Positions 19,432 through 29,398 of a DNA stretch of 64,000 nucleotides are shown here, one piece after another. The DNA lies in assembly GCA_910587695.1 (NCBI GenBank), contig CAJUNC010000011.1, positions 8,187 to 72,186 of the forward strand, read 5' to 3'. Numbering within the stretch: position 1 is the stretch's first letter; every line of letters begins with the position of its first letter. The DNA comes from an uncultured Lactobacillus sp. (lineage in GTDB: Bacteria > Bacillota > Bacilli > Lactobacillales > Lactobacillaceae). The position numbers were made by a program, and so were the translations under genes. The notes beneath the pieces were generated by a model. That model was not told where the DNA came from. It saw nothing but the letters and a program-made list of their open reading frames with translations, and ran no database searches.

Positions 19432-21597
19432 ATGAACACCATGGAACATTATGATGGACCAGCCTTTTACAGAAATAATCGTCGCCCGGATATAAAAACG
19501 CGGGTTCAGACTAAAGTACCAGTCAAAACTGAAAAAGAGCCGACCAAAACAGCGACAAATAATCAAAGTAAACGTTTAAATGAAACTCCACGGGCTTTTA
19601 GTCCAAGACAAGTCCCGCGCTCTTTAGTTGTCGATCGTGTTGTAAAGAAACGCCCTGATTACGATAAATTAGTGCGCTCATTGAAGAAAGCTCCCGAGGA
19701 TTATTTACTCTTTGAAGGGACTGTTTTGCTAGGGACCCAGGCGATCGATCTGACGGTAAGTCGTCGGCTTGATAGTACGGATGCTAAATTGCCTAAACGC
19801 CCGACTATATCATCACAAATTAAAACACCGCCATTAGCTTCGGACAGTCAGACAACTAGCTCTAGTTTAGCGACTAGTGAAAGTTTGGTCGATACAACGA
19901 GCCAGATCCATTCGACAAGTTCGACTAGCTTGCTGCAAAGTTCAGTAAGTGATACGCGTGCTCAAAGTACGAGCAAAGCTAACAGTGAGGCAAAGAGCGT
20001 AAGCCAAAGTCAAGTGACTTCAGAGTTTGGTCCACAAGTCGACCTCACTAGTGAGGTCGCTACTGGATTTGTGTCTCAAAAAATGACTGGGCTCAAAGCA
20101 GCCTTGGCGCATGAGAGTTCTTTGACGCAAGAAGAACCAATTGTGGCGGCCAAACTGACATCACCTAAGTACGAACCTAAGCATTATCAATTTCCACCAC
20201 TCAGTTTATTACCTGCACCAGTGATCGATGATGATCCTGCATTAGATGATTGGGTCAAAAGTCAGGTCCAAACGTTAAATGAGACGCTCAAGGCTTTTCA
20301 TGTTGATGCAACTGTTAGTGATTGGACTATTGGTCCGACCGTTACGCAATTTGAATTGACTTTAGGGCGGGGAGTCAAGGTCAATAAGATCACCAATTTA
20401 AATGATGATCTCAAACTTGCATTGGCTGCTAAAGACATTCGGATCGAGGCACCGATCCCAGGTAAAAGTAGTGTTGGGATCGAGATCCCTAATAAAACTT
20501 CACGCCCAGTTATGTTATCTGAAGTCTTGCGTTCAGATAAATTCCAAGAAGCTTCTTCACCATTGACAGTAGCTCTAGGAGTCGATCTGTTTGGAAAGCC
20601 CCAGATCACAGACTTACAAAAAATGCCTCATGGCTTGATCGCAGGGGCTACCGGTTCGGGAAAATCGGTCTTTATCAATAGTCTGCTCGTTTCATTGCTC
20701 TATAAAGCTTCGCCTAGTGAAGTGAAGTTGGTCTTGATCGATCCTAAAGCAGTAGAGATGGCGCCTTACCATGATCTGCCCCATTTATTAGCGCCAGTGA
20801 TCTCTGACGCTAAAGCAGCTTCAGCCGCGTTGAAATGGCTCGTAAATGAGATGGAAGAGAGATATCAACGTTTGGCTGCTGCAGGAGCTCGCAACTTAGA
20901 GGCTTATAATGAAAAAGCTAGGGCAGCAGGTGAATATGCTCTGCAATTGCCATACATCGTGGTAGTGATCGATGAATTAGCTGACCTTATGATGGCAGCT
21001 TCGTCTGAGGTCCAAGATCATATTGCTCGGATCACTCAAAAAGCTAGAGCAGCTGGGATCCACTTATTAGTTGCGACACAACGACCAAGTGTAGATGTTT
21101 TGACGGGAACGATCAAAAATAATATTCCGACTCGGATCGCATTTATGGTCTCAAGTCAAGTCGATTCACGAACGATCCTGGATACTGCAGGAGCAGAACG
21201 CCTTTTAGGTCGTGGCGACATGCTCTATTTAGGCAATGGTTCGGGGCAACCGACTCGTTTGCAAGGGACTTATATTGAAGATGAGGTCGATGCGGTGACG
21301 GATTTTGTTAGACAGCAAGGTAAGCCTAAGTACGCTTTTGATCCCGATAGCTTGAAAAAGCATGCTGTAGAATCAGAAAAACAAGATGATCTTTTACCTC
21401 GAGTGCTAGACTATATCGTTAATGAAGAGACGATCTCAACGTCCAAGTTGCAACGAGTCTTTTCGATCGGCTATAATCGAGCTGCGGCGATCATCGATGA
21501 TCTTGAAGCTAAACAATATATTTCGCCAGCGCATGGTGCTAAGCCACGGAAGGTCTTTTTGACTCAAGAAGGCTTGGATAAATTGCGCAGTGTATAA
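19432..21597 (+). CDS. sftA: FtsK/SpoIIIE-family DNA translocase, SftA-like (no N-terminal TM segments visible)
   Basis: Motor domain with Walker A GATGSGKS, VVIDELADL and ATQRPS, plus a C-terminal gamma wHTH. The first 260 or so residues are hydrophilic and S/T-rich with no hydrophobic helices. ytpP-ytpR-sftA synteny. Confidence 0.8.
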   Translation: MNTMEHYDGPAFYRNNRRPDIKTRVQTKVPVKTEKEPTKTATNNQSKRLNETPRAFSPRQVPRSLVVDRVVKKRPDYDKLVRSLKKAPEDYLLFEGTVLLGTQAIDLTVSRRLDSTDAKLPKRPTISSQIKTPPLASDSQTTSSSLATSESLVDTTSQIHSTSSTSLLQSSVSDTRAQSTSKANSEAKSVSQSQVTSEFGPQVDLTSEVATGFVSQKMTGLKAALAHESSLTQEEPIVAAKLTSPKYEPKHYQFPPLSLLPAPVIDDDPALDDWVKSQVQTLNETLKAFHVDATVSDWTIGPTVTQFELTLGRGVKVNKITNLNDDLKLALAAKDIRIEAPIPGKSSVGIEIPNKTSRPVMLSEVLRSDKFQEASSPLTVALGVDLFGKPQITDLQKMPHGLIAGATGSGKSVFINSLLVSLLYKASPSEVKLVLIDPKAVEMAPYHDLPHLLAPVISDAKAASAALKWLVNEMEERYQRLAAAGARNLEAYNEKARAAGEYALQLPYIVVVIDELADLMMAASSEVQDHIARITQKARAAGIHLLVATQRPSVDVLTGTIKNNIPTRIAFMVSSQVDSRTILDTAGAERLLGRGDMLYLGNGSGQPTRLQGTYIEDEVDAVTDFVRQQGKPKYAFDPDSLKKHAVESEKQDDLLPRVLDYIVNEETISTSKLQRVFSIGYNRAAAIIDDLEAKQYISPAHGAKPRKVFLTQEGLDKLRSV

Positions 21598-21646
21598 TAA
21601 AAAGACAAACGCTCAGTAAATATAATGAGGTTTGCCTTTGTTCTGA

Positions 21647-21673
21647 GACTGAGGAATACTCAGTCTTTTTTTA
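21647..21673 (+). terminator. Rho-independent terminator
   Basis: agactgag / ctcagtct stem followed by a T-run. Confidence 0.6.
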
Positions 21674-21678
21674 TACTG

Positions 21679-22503
21679 TTATTCGTTAAATACAAAATTT
21701 AAAAATTCTGGGAAATGTTTAGCCCAGTAAAATTCACTATGGGATTCAGCTGCAAAAATATTTAGTGAGATATTATCCATCGAATGCCCTGTCCGTAAAA
21801 GCGTCTGATAGTAGCGCAAGGCCTCATTGATATAGGCTTGGGCCTGCTTTTCGGGCGCCAAAACTTCATCATCACCAGCATCATTTTCGCTAGCTCCTGT
21901 TTGAATATAGACCTTATTGCTAGGCAGCAAGGGATGAGAAGCGATAAACTGCGTGAATTTTGCTTGGTTCAACCAGGCGGCGCTAGAAAAAACACCTAAA
22001 TTGCCAAAGATCTCAGGGTATAGTGAGCCAGCATAGGCTGTGATATAGCCACCCATTGAACTTCCAGCTAGTAATGTGGTTTCACGTTGAGGTAATGTAC
22101 GATATTTTTTATCGATAAATGGCTTGACAGTATCTACTAGCCAGTCAACATAAGCTCGACCTATGCCTCCAAAATTACCTGTACCATCTGGTGTTTGAAA
22201 TTCAGTCTTCCAAGGTGAATATTCATCGAGGCGGTGTTCATCGCTATTGTCGATCCCGACAATGATCATTTGTGGTAGTTCGAGATGTTGTTTGATCAAG
22301 GGAATGACCTTCCACGAATAACCTGAAAATGCTTCGCGACTGTAGAAAACATTTTGCCCATCGTGCATATATAAAACAGGATAATGACGATCATTTTGAA
22401 AATAATCTCGGGGAAGTAGTACTCGGATCCTGCGCTCGTTTGAAAAATAAGGCACAAATAGATAGTGAGTCCGTAGCTCGAGATAGTAACTGTTTTGAGG
22501 CAT
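21679..22503 (-). CDS. Esterase-family alpha/beta hydrolase (putative-esterase/EstA type)
   Basis: GSSMGG nucleophile elbow with a late Asp/His region. ATG at 22503. Confidence 0.75.
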   Translation of the reverse strand: MPQNSYYLELRTHYLFVPYFSNERRIRVLLPRDYFQNDRHYPVLYMHDGQNVFYSREAFSGYSWKVIPLIKQHLELPQMIIVGIDNSDEHRLDEYSPWKTEFQTPDGTGNFGGIGRAYVDWLVDTVKPFIDKKYRTLPQRETTLLAGSSMGGYITAYAGSLYPEIFGNLGVFSSAAWLNQAKFTQFIASHPLLPSNKVYIQTGASENDAGDDEVLAPEKQAQAYINEALRYYQTLLRTGHSMDNISLNIFAAESHSEFYWAKHFPEFLNFVFNE

Positions 22504-22761
22504 GATATAGCTGTTCCTTTCCCAATTTCTTGCATATATGACCAAGATATACTGAAAAAAACTTTTTGTCCAGCTATGATCAAAATTTTATTTATATAAA
22601 AATAAAATGATAAAAACAGTATTCACATTAGTTAAAATTTGTGTTAATATTAACAAAAAATTAAATAAAAGTTAGTTAACACTGGGTAAAATGAAATTTA
22701 TTTTGGTGTCTTAAGTGATATTATCGCTTGAAGTGACTAAGGTAAAGTGGAGGAAAATTAC

Positions 22762-23508
22762 ATGCATTTTGAGGAATGTCAGTTACATAGTAAAGTTTTA
22801 GGACGTTCGATGAATTTTAATGTTTATGGTCATGCGGGGAGACCGATCTTAGTTTTTCCTGCTTCTGGTGGTAGTCATAATGAATATGGTGATTTTGGGA
22901 TGATCGCAGCGTGTCGTCCTTGGATAGATAGTGGTCAGGTGCGCTTTTTTACTCCAGATTCATTCGATAATGAAGCTTTTGAGGCTAATGAGAAGAGTCC
23001 TCATGATCGTGCCTTGGCGCATATGGCTTATGAGCGCTTTATCGTTGAAGAATTAGTACCACTGATCTATGACAAGACCCAATGGGACAAAAGTCTGATG
23101 GTAACTGGTTGTTCAATGGGGGCATATCATGCGATGAATTTTGGGCTCAAATTTCCTGAGATCTTTGATACCGTCATTTCGTTAAGTGGGCTATATGATC
23201 TGCGGTTTGTTGTAGGTGATTATGGTGCTGATGAACTAGTTTACTACAATTCACCGACTGATTATCTGTGGAATTTAGCTGATCCATGGTTTTTGGAAAA
23301 ATATCGTCAAAATACTTATATCATCTGTACAGGTCTAGGACCTTGGGAAGAAGTTGATGAGACCCGCAAACTTGAAGCAGTTTTTAAGGCTAAGCAGATC
23401 CCAGGCTGGTTTGATTACTGGGGAGAAGATGTTTCTCATGACTGGGTCTGGTGGAAAAAACAGATGCCATATTATTTAAGTAAATTATCCGAAACGGGCC
23501 AAATTTGA
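22762..23508 (+). CDS. Esterase-family alpha/beta hydrolase
   Basis: GCSMGA nucleophile elbow. ATG at 22762 behind GGAGGA. Confidence 0.75.
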   Translation: MHFEECQLHSKVLGRSMNFNVYGHAGRPILVFPASGGSHNEYGDFGMIAACRPWIDSGQVRFFTPDSFDNEAFEANEKSPHDRALAHMAYERFIVEELVPLIYDKTQWDKSLMVTGCSMGAYHAMNFGLKFPEIFDTVISLSGLYDLRFVVGDYGADELVYYNSPTDYLWNLADPWFLEKYRQNTYIICTGLGPWEEVDETRKLEAVFKAKQIPGWFDYWGEDVSHDWVWWKKQMPYYLSKLSETGQI

Positions 23509-23527
23509 GTAGAAGGGACAAGGTATA

Positions 23528-24700
23528 ATGAATTTTATTGTTATTTCGCCCCATTTTCCTGAAAATTTTGAGCAATTTTCAGTGAGTCTTAGCAATAATG
23601 GGATCACAACATTGGGGATCGGGGATAAAGCCTACGATGAGTTGACACCAAGTTTGCGCAATGCGTTGTGTGAGTACTACAGAGTCGATGATATGGAAGA
23701 CTATGATCAGATGTATCGAGCAGTAGCGTACTTTGCGTTTAAATACGGTAAGATCGATCGCTTGGAATCACATAATGAATATTGGCTATTTCAGGATGCT
23801 AAATTGCGGACAGATTTTAATATCCCAGGCTATAAGAGTGATGAGATGGATAAGATCAAGTATAAGTCAAAGATGAAACAAGTCTTTTTTGATCATGATA
23901 TTCCAGTTGCACTGGGAAAAGTTTTTCAGACCGCAGAGGAAGGCTGGCATTTGCTAGAACAATTCGGTTATCCAGTGATCGTTAAACCCGATTCTGGAGT
24001 CGGAGCTAGTGACACGTATAAGATCAATACTCCCGAAGACTTTGCTGATTTTTTGACCAAACGTACTCTTGATGTGACTTATTTTATGGAAGAATTCATC
24101 GAAGGCGACATCATAACTTTTGATGGTCTGACAGATCAAAATGGACGTGTTGTTTTTTATTCCTCACTCGTTTACCAAGAGCCTGCTTTAGATACGGTCC
24201 ATCGCACGGGTGACATGTATTTTTATGAGACACGTGACATTGACAAAGATCTTTATGAGTTAGGAATGAAAAGTGTGACTGCCTTTGATATCCGGGAAAG
24301 ATTTTTCCACTTCGAGTTCTTTAGAACAGCGGATAACAAGCTCTACGCCTTAGAGATCAATTGCCGTCCCCCGGGTGGGCCTTCGATCGATCTGATGAAC
24401 CATGCTCATCAGTTGAGCTTATTTGAAGAGTATGCTCATTTAGTTAAAGAAAATAAATTCTATGGAGATAGTACTTGTCCGTATTACAGTGTCTATATTT
24501 CGCGAAGTAACAAGCTAGATTATCGCCATGATCTAGCTGAGATCAAACAAAAATATGCAGATGAGTTAAAAGAGATCCAACATGTACCAGGAGTGTTTGC
24601 TGAGATCATGGGAGATGTTGGCTATATTTTCAATACGGAGACTAAAGAACAAATGCATGCGATAATCGAATTTGTCGGTGCACTCAAGGAACAAGCATAA
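23528..24700 (+). CDS. ATP-grasp domain protein (carboxylate-amine ligase type), substrate unknown
   Basis: YPVIVKPDSGVGASD and LEINCRPPGG are typical ATP-grasp segments. It starts 19 nt after the esterase gene. Confidence 0.7.
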   Translation: MNFIVISPHFPENFEQFSVSLSNNGITTLGIGDKAYDELTPSLRNALCEYYRVDDMEDYDQMYRAVAYFAFKYGKIDRLESHNEYWLFQDAKLRTDFNIPGYKSDEMDKIKYKSKMKQVFFDHDIPVALGKVFQTAEEGWHLLEQFGYPVIVKPDSGVGASDTYKINTPEDFADFLTKRTLDVTYFMEEFIEGDIITFDGLTDQNGRVVFYSSLVYQEPALDTVHRTGDMYFYETRDIDKDLYELGMKSVTAFDIRERFFHFEFFRTADNKLYALEINCRPPGGPSIDLMNHAHQLSLFEEYAHLVKENKFYGDSTCPYYSVYISRSNKLDYRHDLAEIKQKYADELKEIQHVPGVFAEIMGDVGYIFNTETKEQMHAIIEFVGALKEQA

Positions 24701-24706
24701 GAAATG

Positions 24707-24735
24707 AGCTGATCAAAATTTTGATCGGCTTTTTT
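24707..24735 (+). terminator. Rho-independent terminator
   Basis: agctgatcaaaa / ttttgatcggct stem followed by a T-run. Confidence 0.55.
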
Positions 24736-24815
24736 GTATGGCTATGACTTTAAAAAGGTTTGTGATCTATGGTAAACTTAGCTTAATTGTTAATTAAGAA
24801 AAGAGGATATTTACC

Positions 24816-26147
24816 ATGAATATGGACACCACATATTTTTTTGTAGGCATCAAGGGGACGGGGATGAGTGCGTTAGCCCTTATTTTAAACGACAAGGGTT
24901 GTAAAGTTGCCGGTTCAGATATTGAAAAATACACATTTACACAACGTGGCTTAGAACAGGCTGGAATTGAGATTTTCCCATTTGACGAAAAAAATATCCA
25001 TGACAAGATGACGATCGTTGCTGGTAATGCTTTTGGCGATGATCAAGAAGAGATCAAAAAAGCACATGAATTAGGCTTAAAAGTCATGCGTTATCCTGAA
25101 GTTGTCGAGATGTTGATCGAAGAGACGACAAGTATTGGGGTCGCTGGTGCCCATGGTAAGACGAGTACTTCAGGCTTGTTGGCACATGTTTTAAGTGGAG
25201 TCTCACCAACAAGTTATTTGGTCGGAGATGGTTCAGGTAAGGGGATCCCTGATGCACGTTTCTTCGTATTTGAAGCTGATGAATATCGTCGCCATTTTGT
25301 GGCATACCATCCAGACTACACGATCATGACCAATATCGACTTTGATCACCCTGATTATTTCACCGGGATCGAAGATGTTTGTGATGCCTTTGAAACATTG
25401 GCTAAGCAAACTAAAAAAGGACTCTTTGTCTGGGGTGAAGATAAATATCTTCGTAAACTAAAAGCAGATGTACCAGTATATTACTATGGGACTGAAGCTA
25501 ATGATGATGTGCGGGCTGAAAATATCAAACGTACGACTAAGGGCTCAACTTTTGATGTCTATTTACATGATGAATATCTAGGTAACTACGAGATCCCAAT
25601 GTTTGGTAAGCATAACATCTTGAACAGTCTAGCTGTTATCGCTGTTTCGCACATGGAAAAAGTCGATCAAGAAGAGATCAAAAAAGAATTATTGACTTTC
25701 AAAGGAGTCAAGCGTCGTTTTACTGAAAAGCGCGTTGCTGACATGGTGATCATTGATGACTATGCTCACCATCCATCTGAGATCACTGCGACTTTGGATG
25801 CTGCGCGACAACAGTATCCAGATAAGAAGATCATCGCAGTCTTTCAACCGCATACTTTCAGTCGGACAGTCGCATTGATGGATGAATTTGCTAAGAGTTT
25901 AGATCTAGCCGATAAAGTCTATTTGACCGATATTTTTAGTTCGATCCGTGAACATGACGGTAAAGTTTCTGCCAAAGATCTAGGTGAAAAGATCACTAAG
26001 GGTGGCGAAGTTTTAGCTTTAGATAACATGTCACCATTACTTGATTACCATGATGATGTCGTTGTCTTCATGGGTGCAGGTGATATTCAAAAGTATGAAT
26101 ATGCCTATGAAAAATTATTGAGCGATCTTAGCTTGAATAATAACTAA
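24816..26147 (+). CDS. murC: UDP-N-acetylmuramate-L-alanine ligase
   Basis: [26 protein letters not shown] and [10 protein letters not shown] are MurC/Mur-ligase signatures. Confidence 0.92.
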   Translation: MNMDTTYFFVGIKGTGMSALALILNDKGCKVAGSDIEKYTFTQRGLEQAGIEIFPFDEKNIHDKMTIVAGNAFGDDQEEIKKAHELGLKVMRYPEVVEMLIEETTSIGVAGAHGKTSTSGLLAHVLSGVSPTSYLVGDGSGKGIPDARFFVFEADEYRRHFVAYHPDYTIMTNIDFDHPDYFTGIEDVCDAFETLAKQTKKGLFVWGEDKYLRKLKADVPVYYYGTEANDDVRAENIKRTTKGSTFDVYLHDEYLGNYEIPMFGKHNILNSLAVIAVSHMEKVDQEEIKKELLTFKGVKRRFTEKRVADMVIIDDYAHHPSEITATLDAARQQYPDKKIIAVFQPHTFSRTVALMDEFAKSLDLADKVYLTDIFSSIREHDGKVSAKDLGEKITKGGEVLALDNMSPLLDYHDDVVVFMGAGDIQKYEYAYEKLLSDLSLNNN

Positions 26148-26182
26148 TAAAAGAGTGCAAGACAATAATAGTGCCGTATAAT

Positions 26183-26235
26183 GACAAAGGCCTCACTATG
26201 ATGCAAAAGATCGCATCATAGTGAGGCTTTTGTCA
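26183..26235. terminator. Long bidirectional hairpin between the convergent murC and GDPD genes
   Basis: tgacaaaggcctcactatgatgc / gcatcatagtgaggcttttgtca, with one mismatch. It overlaps the minus-strand stop codon. Confidence 0.6.
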
Positions 26236-27966
26236 TTCAGGTAAGAGAATGATAGAGTCTAACAAACGTTTAGCATAACTGGTATTAGCATTGAAGTCGT
26301 GGTAGACACGTTTTGCTTCAGTGACATTATCGGTGATGATCCCATCTACATCCAAAAAGGCTGCATTTTTTAGATCTTCTTCGCTATTGACAGTCCAAGA
26401 ATAAACTTGTTTAAAGCTGATTTTAGCTTGGGTGACAAAGGAGTCGTTTAAAGTTGTTTTTTCCATCGTGTATCCATTAGCTGGTGTTTGTGGAAAGATG
26501 AAATTATACGGTAGGATATAGTAGGCATTTAGCGTAGGAGCATATTTTTTAGCACTAGTGATAACTTTATAGTCAAGTGATTGTAGCTCATGTTTATTTT
26601 GTTTGAGAGTAGCACCATATGTGTCAAAGAAATTCTTTAACATATTTTTTGAATCACGTCTGGTTGTCTTGATCTCGACTAATAGTTTTTGCTCGTATTG
26701 TTTGGCAACGCTCAAATACTCATCAAAACTAGGGATCTTAGCTTGATAGCCATTTTCGTGTACGGTCAAATCAGTTAGTTGTGCTAGTGTCAACTCTTGA
26801 GGGCTAGTATCAAGATCGGCGAGTTGTTTTAGATTTTCATCGTGCATGACGACAAATTTATGGTCTTTGGTTTCTTGGATATCGATCTCGATGTAATTTG
26901 GTTTGGCTTGGGCAGTCTTACGTAGAGCAGGGATCGTATTTTGGACACCGTTTTGGGCATCGACTCCACGATGTGAGATGATCAATGGTGTTTGGCCTAA
27001 ATGAACTAAATAGACCCCGTTACCTAAAAGAGCTCCAAGTGCAAATAAAGCAAACAATGGCTTAGCTATCTTGCTTAACCAACTTTTTTTAGTGCTTTTG
27101 TAGGTCGCTAAAGTAACGTTAGCTGGTAAAATGAGTTGCAAAAGAGCCACGCTAGCCCAGACAGAGATCAAAAATGAGCCGATCTGCAGTAAGGTGACAT
27201 TGATACTTCCACCAATAAGTGCACTCAACGGAGAAGTCTGATCAAGTCCAAGCTGGATCGAATATAAAATACCGATCAGCCCTAAGTTGGTGATAAGCGC
27301 AATAAGTGAGATCTTTAGGAGTTTTAGCGTATAAGCCCAAAACTTGTTTTTAGTCAGTTGCCAACTCTGCACGAGAGCTGTTTTGATCTTGACTTTTTCA
27401 AAAAGCATCAGGGGTAAAACAAAGAGCAAGCGGATGCTAAAAATAAAGATCGCTAAATAAAAAATACTGATCAAAGTTGCATAAAGGGGCTTTTGTAAGA
27501 GAAAATCCAAGATAAATTCAGGGATGACTACTTTACTCAAAAGCGGCGAATTAAAGAAGATCCCACTAAAGGGCACGATCAATAAGAAATAGCCGGCAAA
27601 AAAGAAGATCCCTAGTGGGTCGAGCTGGCGTAGTTGCTGGGCAGTGTCTTTTAAGATCGCTCGAAAGCTGAATTCATCTTGTCTTATCCGAACAACACCG
27701 TTTAGGATGAGTGCAAATTGTCCAAAGACACAAATGATCAAAATGACCAATTCCAAAAGTAGACCTAAGGTGATATAAGGATGGCTCGTAACGAGTGAAA
27801 GAGCATTGGTATAAGATAAATAGGGGATCGCACCTAAATTCAATAGTAGCGAAGCCCACGCATTAAAGAGAGGGATAACACCGATTTCAAGTGAAAGTTC
27901 GACCACTAAAAAGAGGATCAAATAATTTTTCCAATGTATGCTAAAATCGCGTTTTAAACACATCAT
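26233..27966 (-). CDS. Membrane-anchored glycerophosphodiester phosphodiesterase family protein
   Basis: Polytopic N-terminal half plus a C-terminal GDPD domain (ISHRG, EIDIQETKD, VMHD). Confidence 0.8.
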   Translation of the reverse strand: MMCLKRDFSIHWKNYLILFLVVELSLEIGVIPLFNAWASLLLNLGAIPYLSYTNALSLVTSHPYITLGLLLELVILIICVFGQFALILNGVVRIRQDEFSFRAILKDTAQQLRQLDPLGIFFFAGYFLLIVPFSGIFFNSPLLSKVVIPEFILDFLLQKPLYATLISIFYLAIFIFSIRLLFVLPLMLFEKVKIKTALVQSWQLTKNKFWAYTLKLLKISLIALITNLGLIGILYSIQLGLDQTSPLSALIGGSINVTLLQIGSFLISVWASVALLQLILPANVTLATYKSTKKSWLSKIAKPLFALFALGALLGNGVYLVHLGQTPLIISHRGVDAQNGVQNTIPALRKTAQAKPNYIEIDIQETKDHKFVVMHDENLKQLADLDTSPQELTLAQLTDLTVHENGYQAKIPSFDEYLSVAKQYEQKLLVEIKTTRRDSKNMLKNFFDTYGATLKQNKHELQSLDYKVITSAKKYAPTLNAYYILPYNFIFPQTPANGYTMEKTTLNDSFVTQAKISFKQVYSWTVNSEEDLKNAAFLDVDGIITDNVTEAKRVYHDFNANTSYAKRLLDSIILLPE

Positions 27967-28127
27967 ATCACTCCAATTTTTAAATTTTTATTATATTGTA
28001 CCCAATATAGTACGTTGAAACAATAATTATTACTAAATCTAGGTATTTTGATCTAGACCTAACGATTGAGCAAAAAGAAGTGGTATGCTATCATTAAGGC
28101 AGACCACTTAGAGGAAGGTGAAGCTAT

Positions 28128-28571
28128 ATGCCTGATGATGTGCATCGGCAGGGCAAAACGATCGCTGAGATCAAAGAAGGCGATTCATTGACTGTAACGG
28201 AAAGTATCTCAGAACGAGATCTGTTGATCTATTTGGGACTGACTAACGATAATAACCCACTGTATATTCAAAATGAATATGCGCAAAAATTAGGACATGC
28301 TGGTCCAGTTGTACCCCCAGTGTTGTTGAGTGGGATCATTACGAGCTCGGTCTCAAAATTATTACCCGGACCTGGGAGTGAAGTGGTGAATTTTTCAGCT
28401 AACTTCATTCGACCAGTCTATCATGATGAGATCGTCACATTCAGTTTTGAAGTGATCAAAGTTGATATGATGAAAGAGGTTGTGATGATCTCAGTTGAGG
28501 GTAGTAACCGTCAAAATGAACGCGTTTTAGATTCAGTTGTCATGGCTCGGCCTCCGCGTCAGCAAGATTAG
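28128..28571 (+). CDS. MaoC-like (hotdog fold) dehydratase family protein
   Basis: GLTNDNNPLYIQ resembles the MaoC hydratase motif region. The length is right for a single hotdog fold. Confidence 0.7.
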   Translation: MPDDVHRQGKTIAEIKEGDSLTVTESISERDLLIYLGLTNDNNPLYIQNEYAQKLGHAGPVVPPVLLSGIITSSVSKLLPGPGSEVVNFSANFIRPVYHDEIVTFSFEVIKVDMMKEVVMISVEGSNRQNERVLDSVVMARPPRQQD

Positions 28572-28602
28572 CTACATTTATGATCGAAAGAAGGAGAATT
28601 TT

Positions 28603-29304
28603 ATGAATAACAATCCCGAAGTTTACGGTAATAGTAATGCCGGCTTGAATAGTTTTTTTACTAAGATGTATGGGTATATGAGTGCTGCAGTGGCAGTTTC
28701 GGCGCTAACGGCTTTCTTTGGTTCGTTTAGCCCAACTGTGATCCGATTTATGAGTAATCCGATCGCCTTATTTGCAGTCTTTGGGGTCCAATTAGTTTTG
28801 GCTTACTCCATGTCATCGCTTAAGTCACAACGTTCACCATTAGTCAGTGCTTTAGGTCTGTTTGTCTTTGCAGGCTTGGAAGGTCTACTCTTTAGTGGGA
28901 TCTTCATCGTCTATACTGCCCAAAACATTACAAGTGCTTTTGTTTCTGCCTTTGTGATGTTTGCTGTTTTATCCTTTATGGGATCAACAACTAAAAAAGA
29001 TCTCTCAGGGATCGGCCGTCAAGCTCGGGCTGCTTTGATCGCGTTTATCATCGTATCGTTGATCAACTTGTTCTTGCAAAGTCCAATGATCACTTATGTC
29101 TTTTCTTTTATCGGCCTAGTGATCTTTGCTGGCTTAACAGCTTGGGATACCCAACGTTTACGTCAAATGTATCTTCAAATGGGCTCACAAGTAAATGTTA
29201 ATAATTTGGCCTTGATGGGTGCTTTACAGCTCTACTTAGATTTTATCAACATCTTTATCTTCTTGTTGAATATCTTTACCGGTGCTGGTGGCAACCGCGA
29301 CTAG
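28603..29304 (+). CDS. Bax-inhibitor-1/YccA-family membrane protein
   Basis: Seven predicted TM helices and a typical C-terminal LYLDFINIF motif. ATG at 28603 behind AAGGAGA. Confidence 0.8.
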   Translation: MNNNPEVYGNSNAGLNSFFTKMYGYMSAAVAVSALTAFFGSFSPTVIRFMSNPIALFAVFGVQLVLAYSMSSLKSQRSPLVSALGLFVFAGLEGLLFSGIFIVYTAQNITSAFVSAFVMFAVLSFMGSTTKKDLSGIGRQARAALIAFIIVSLINLFLQSPMITYVFSFIGLVIFAGLTAWDTQRLRQMYLQMGSQVNVNNLALMGALQLYLDFINIFIFLLNIFTGAGGNRD

Positions 29305-29311
29305 TCAACCG

Positions 29312-29343
29312 AGTCTCTTCGACTTTTCGGAGAGGCTTTTTTT
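29312..29343 (+). terminator. Rho-independent terminator
   Basis: 11-bp stem agtctcttcga / tcggagaggct followed by a T-run. Confidence 0.55.
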
Positions 29344-29398
29344 ATTTCTATGCAAAATTTGTTAAAATAAAAGAAACTAGATAAGAGGACGGATCGAT

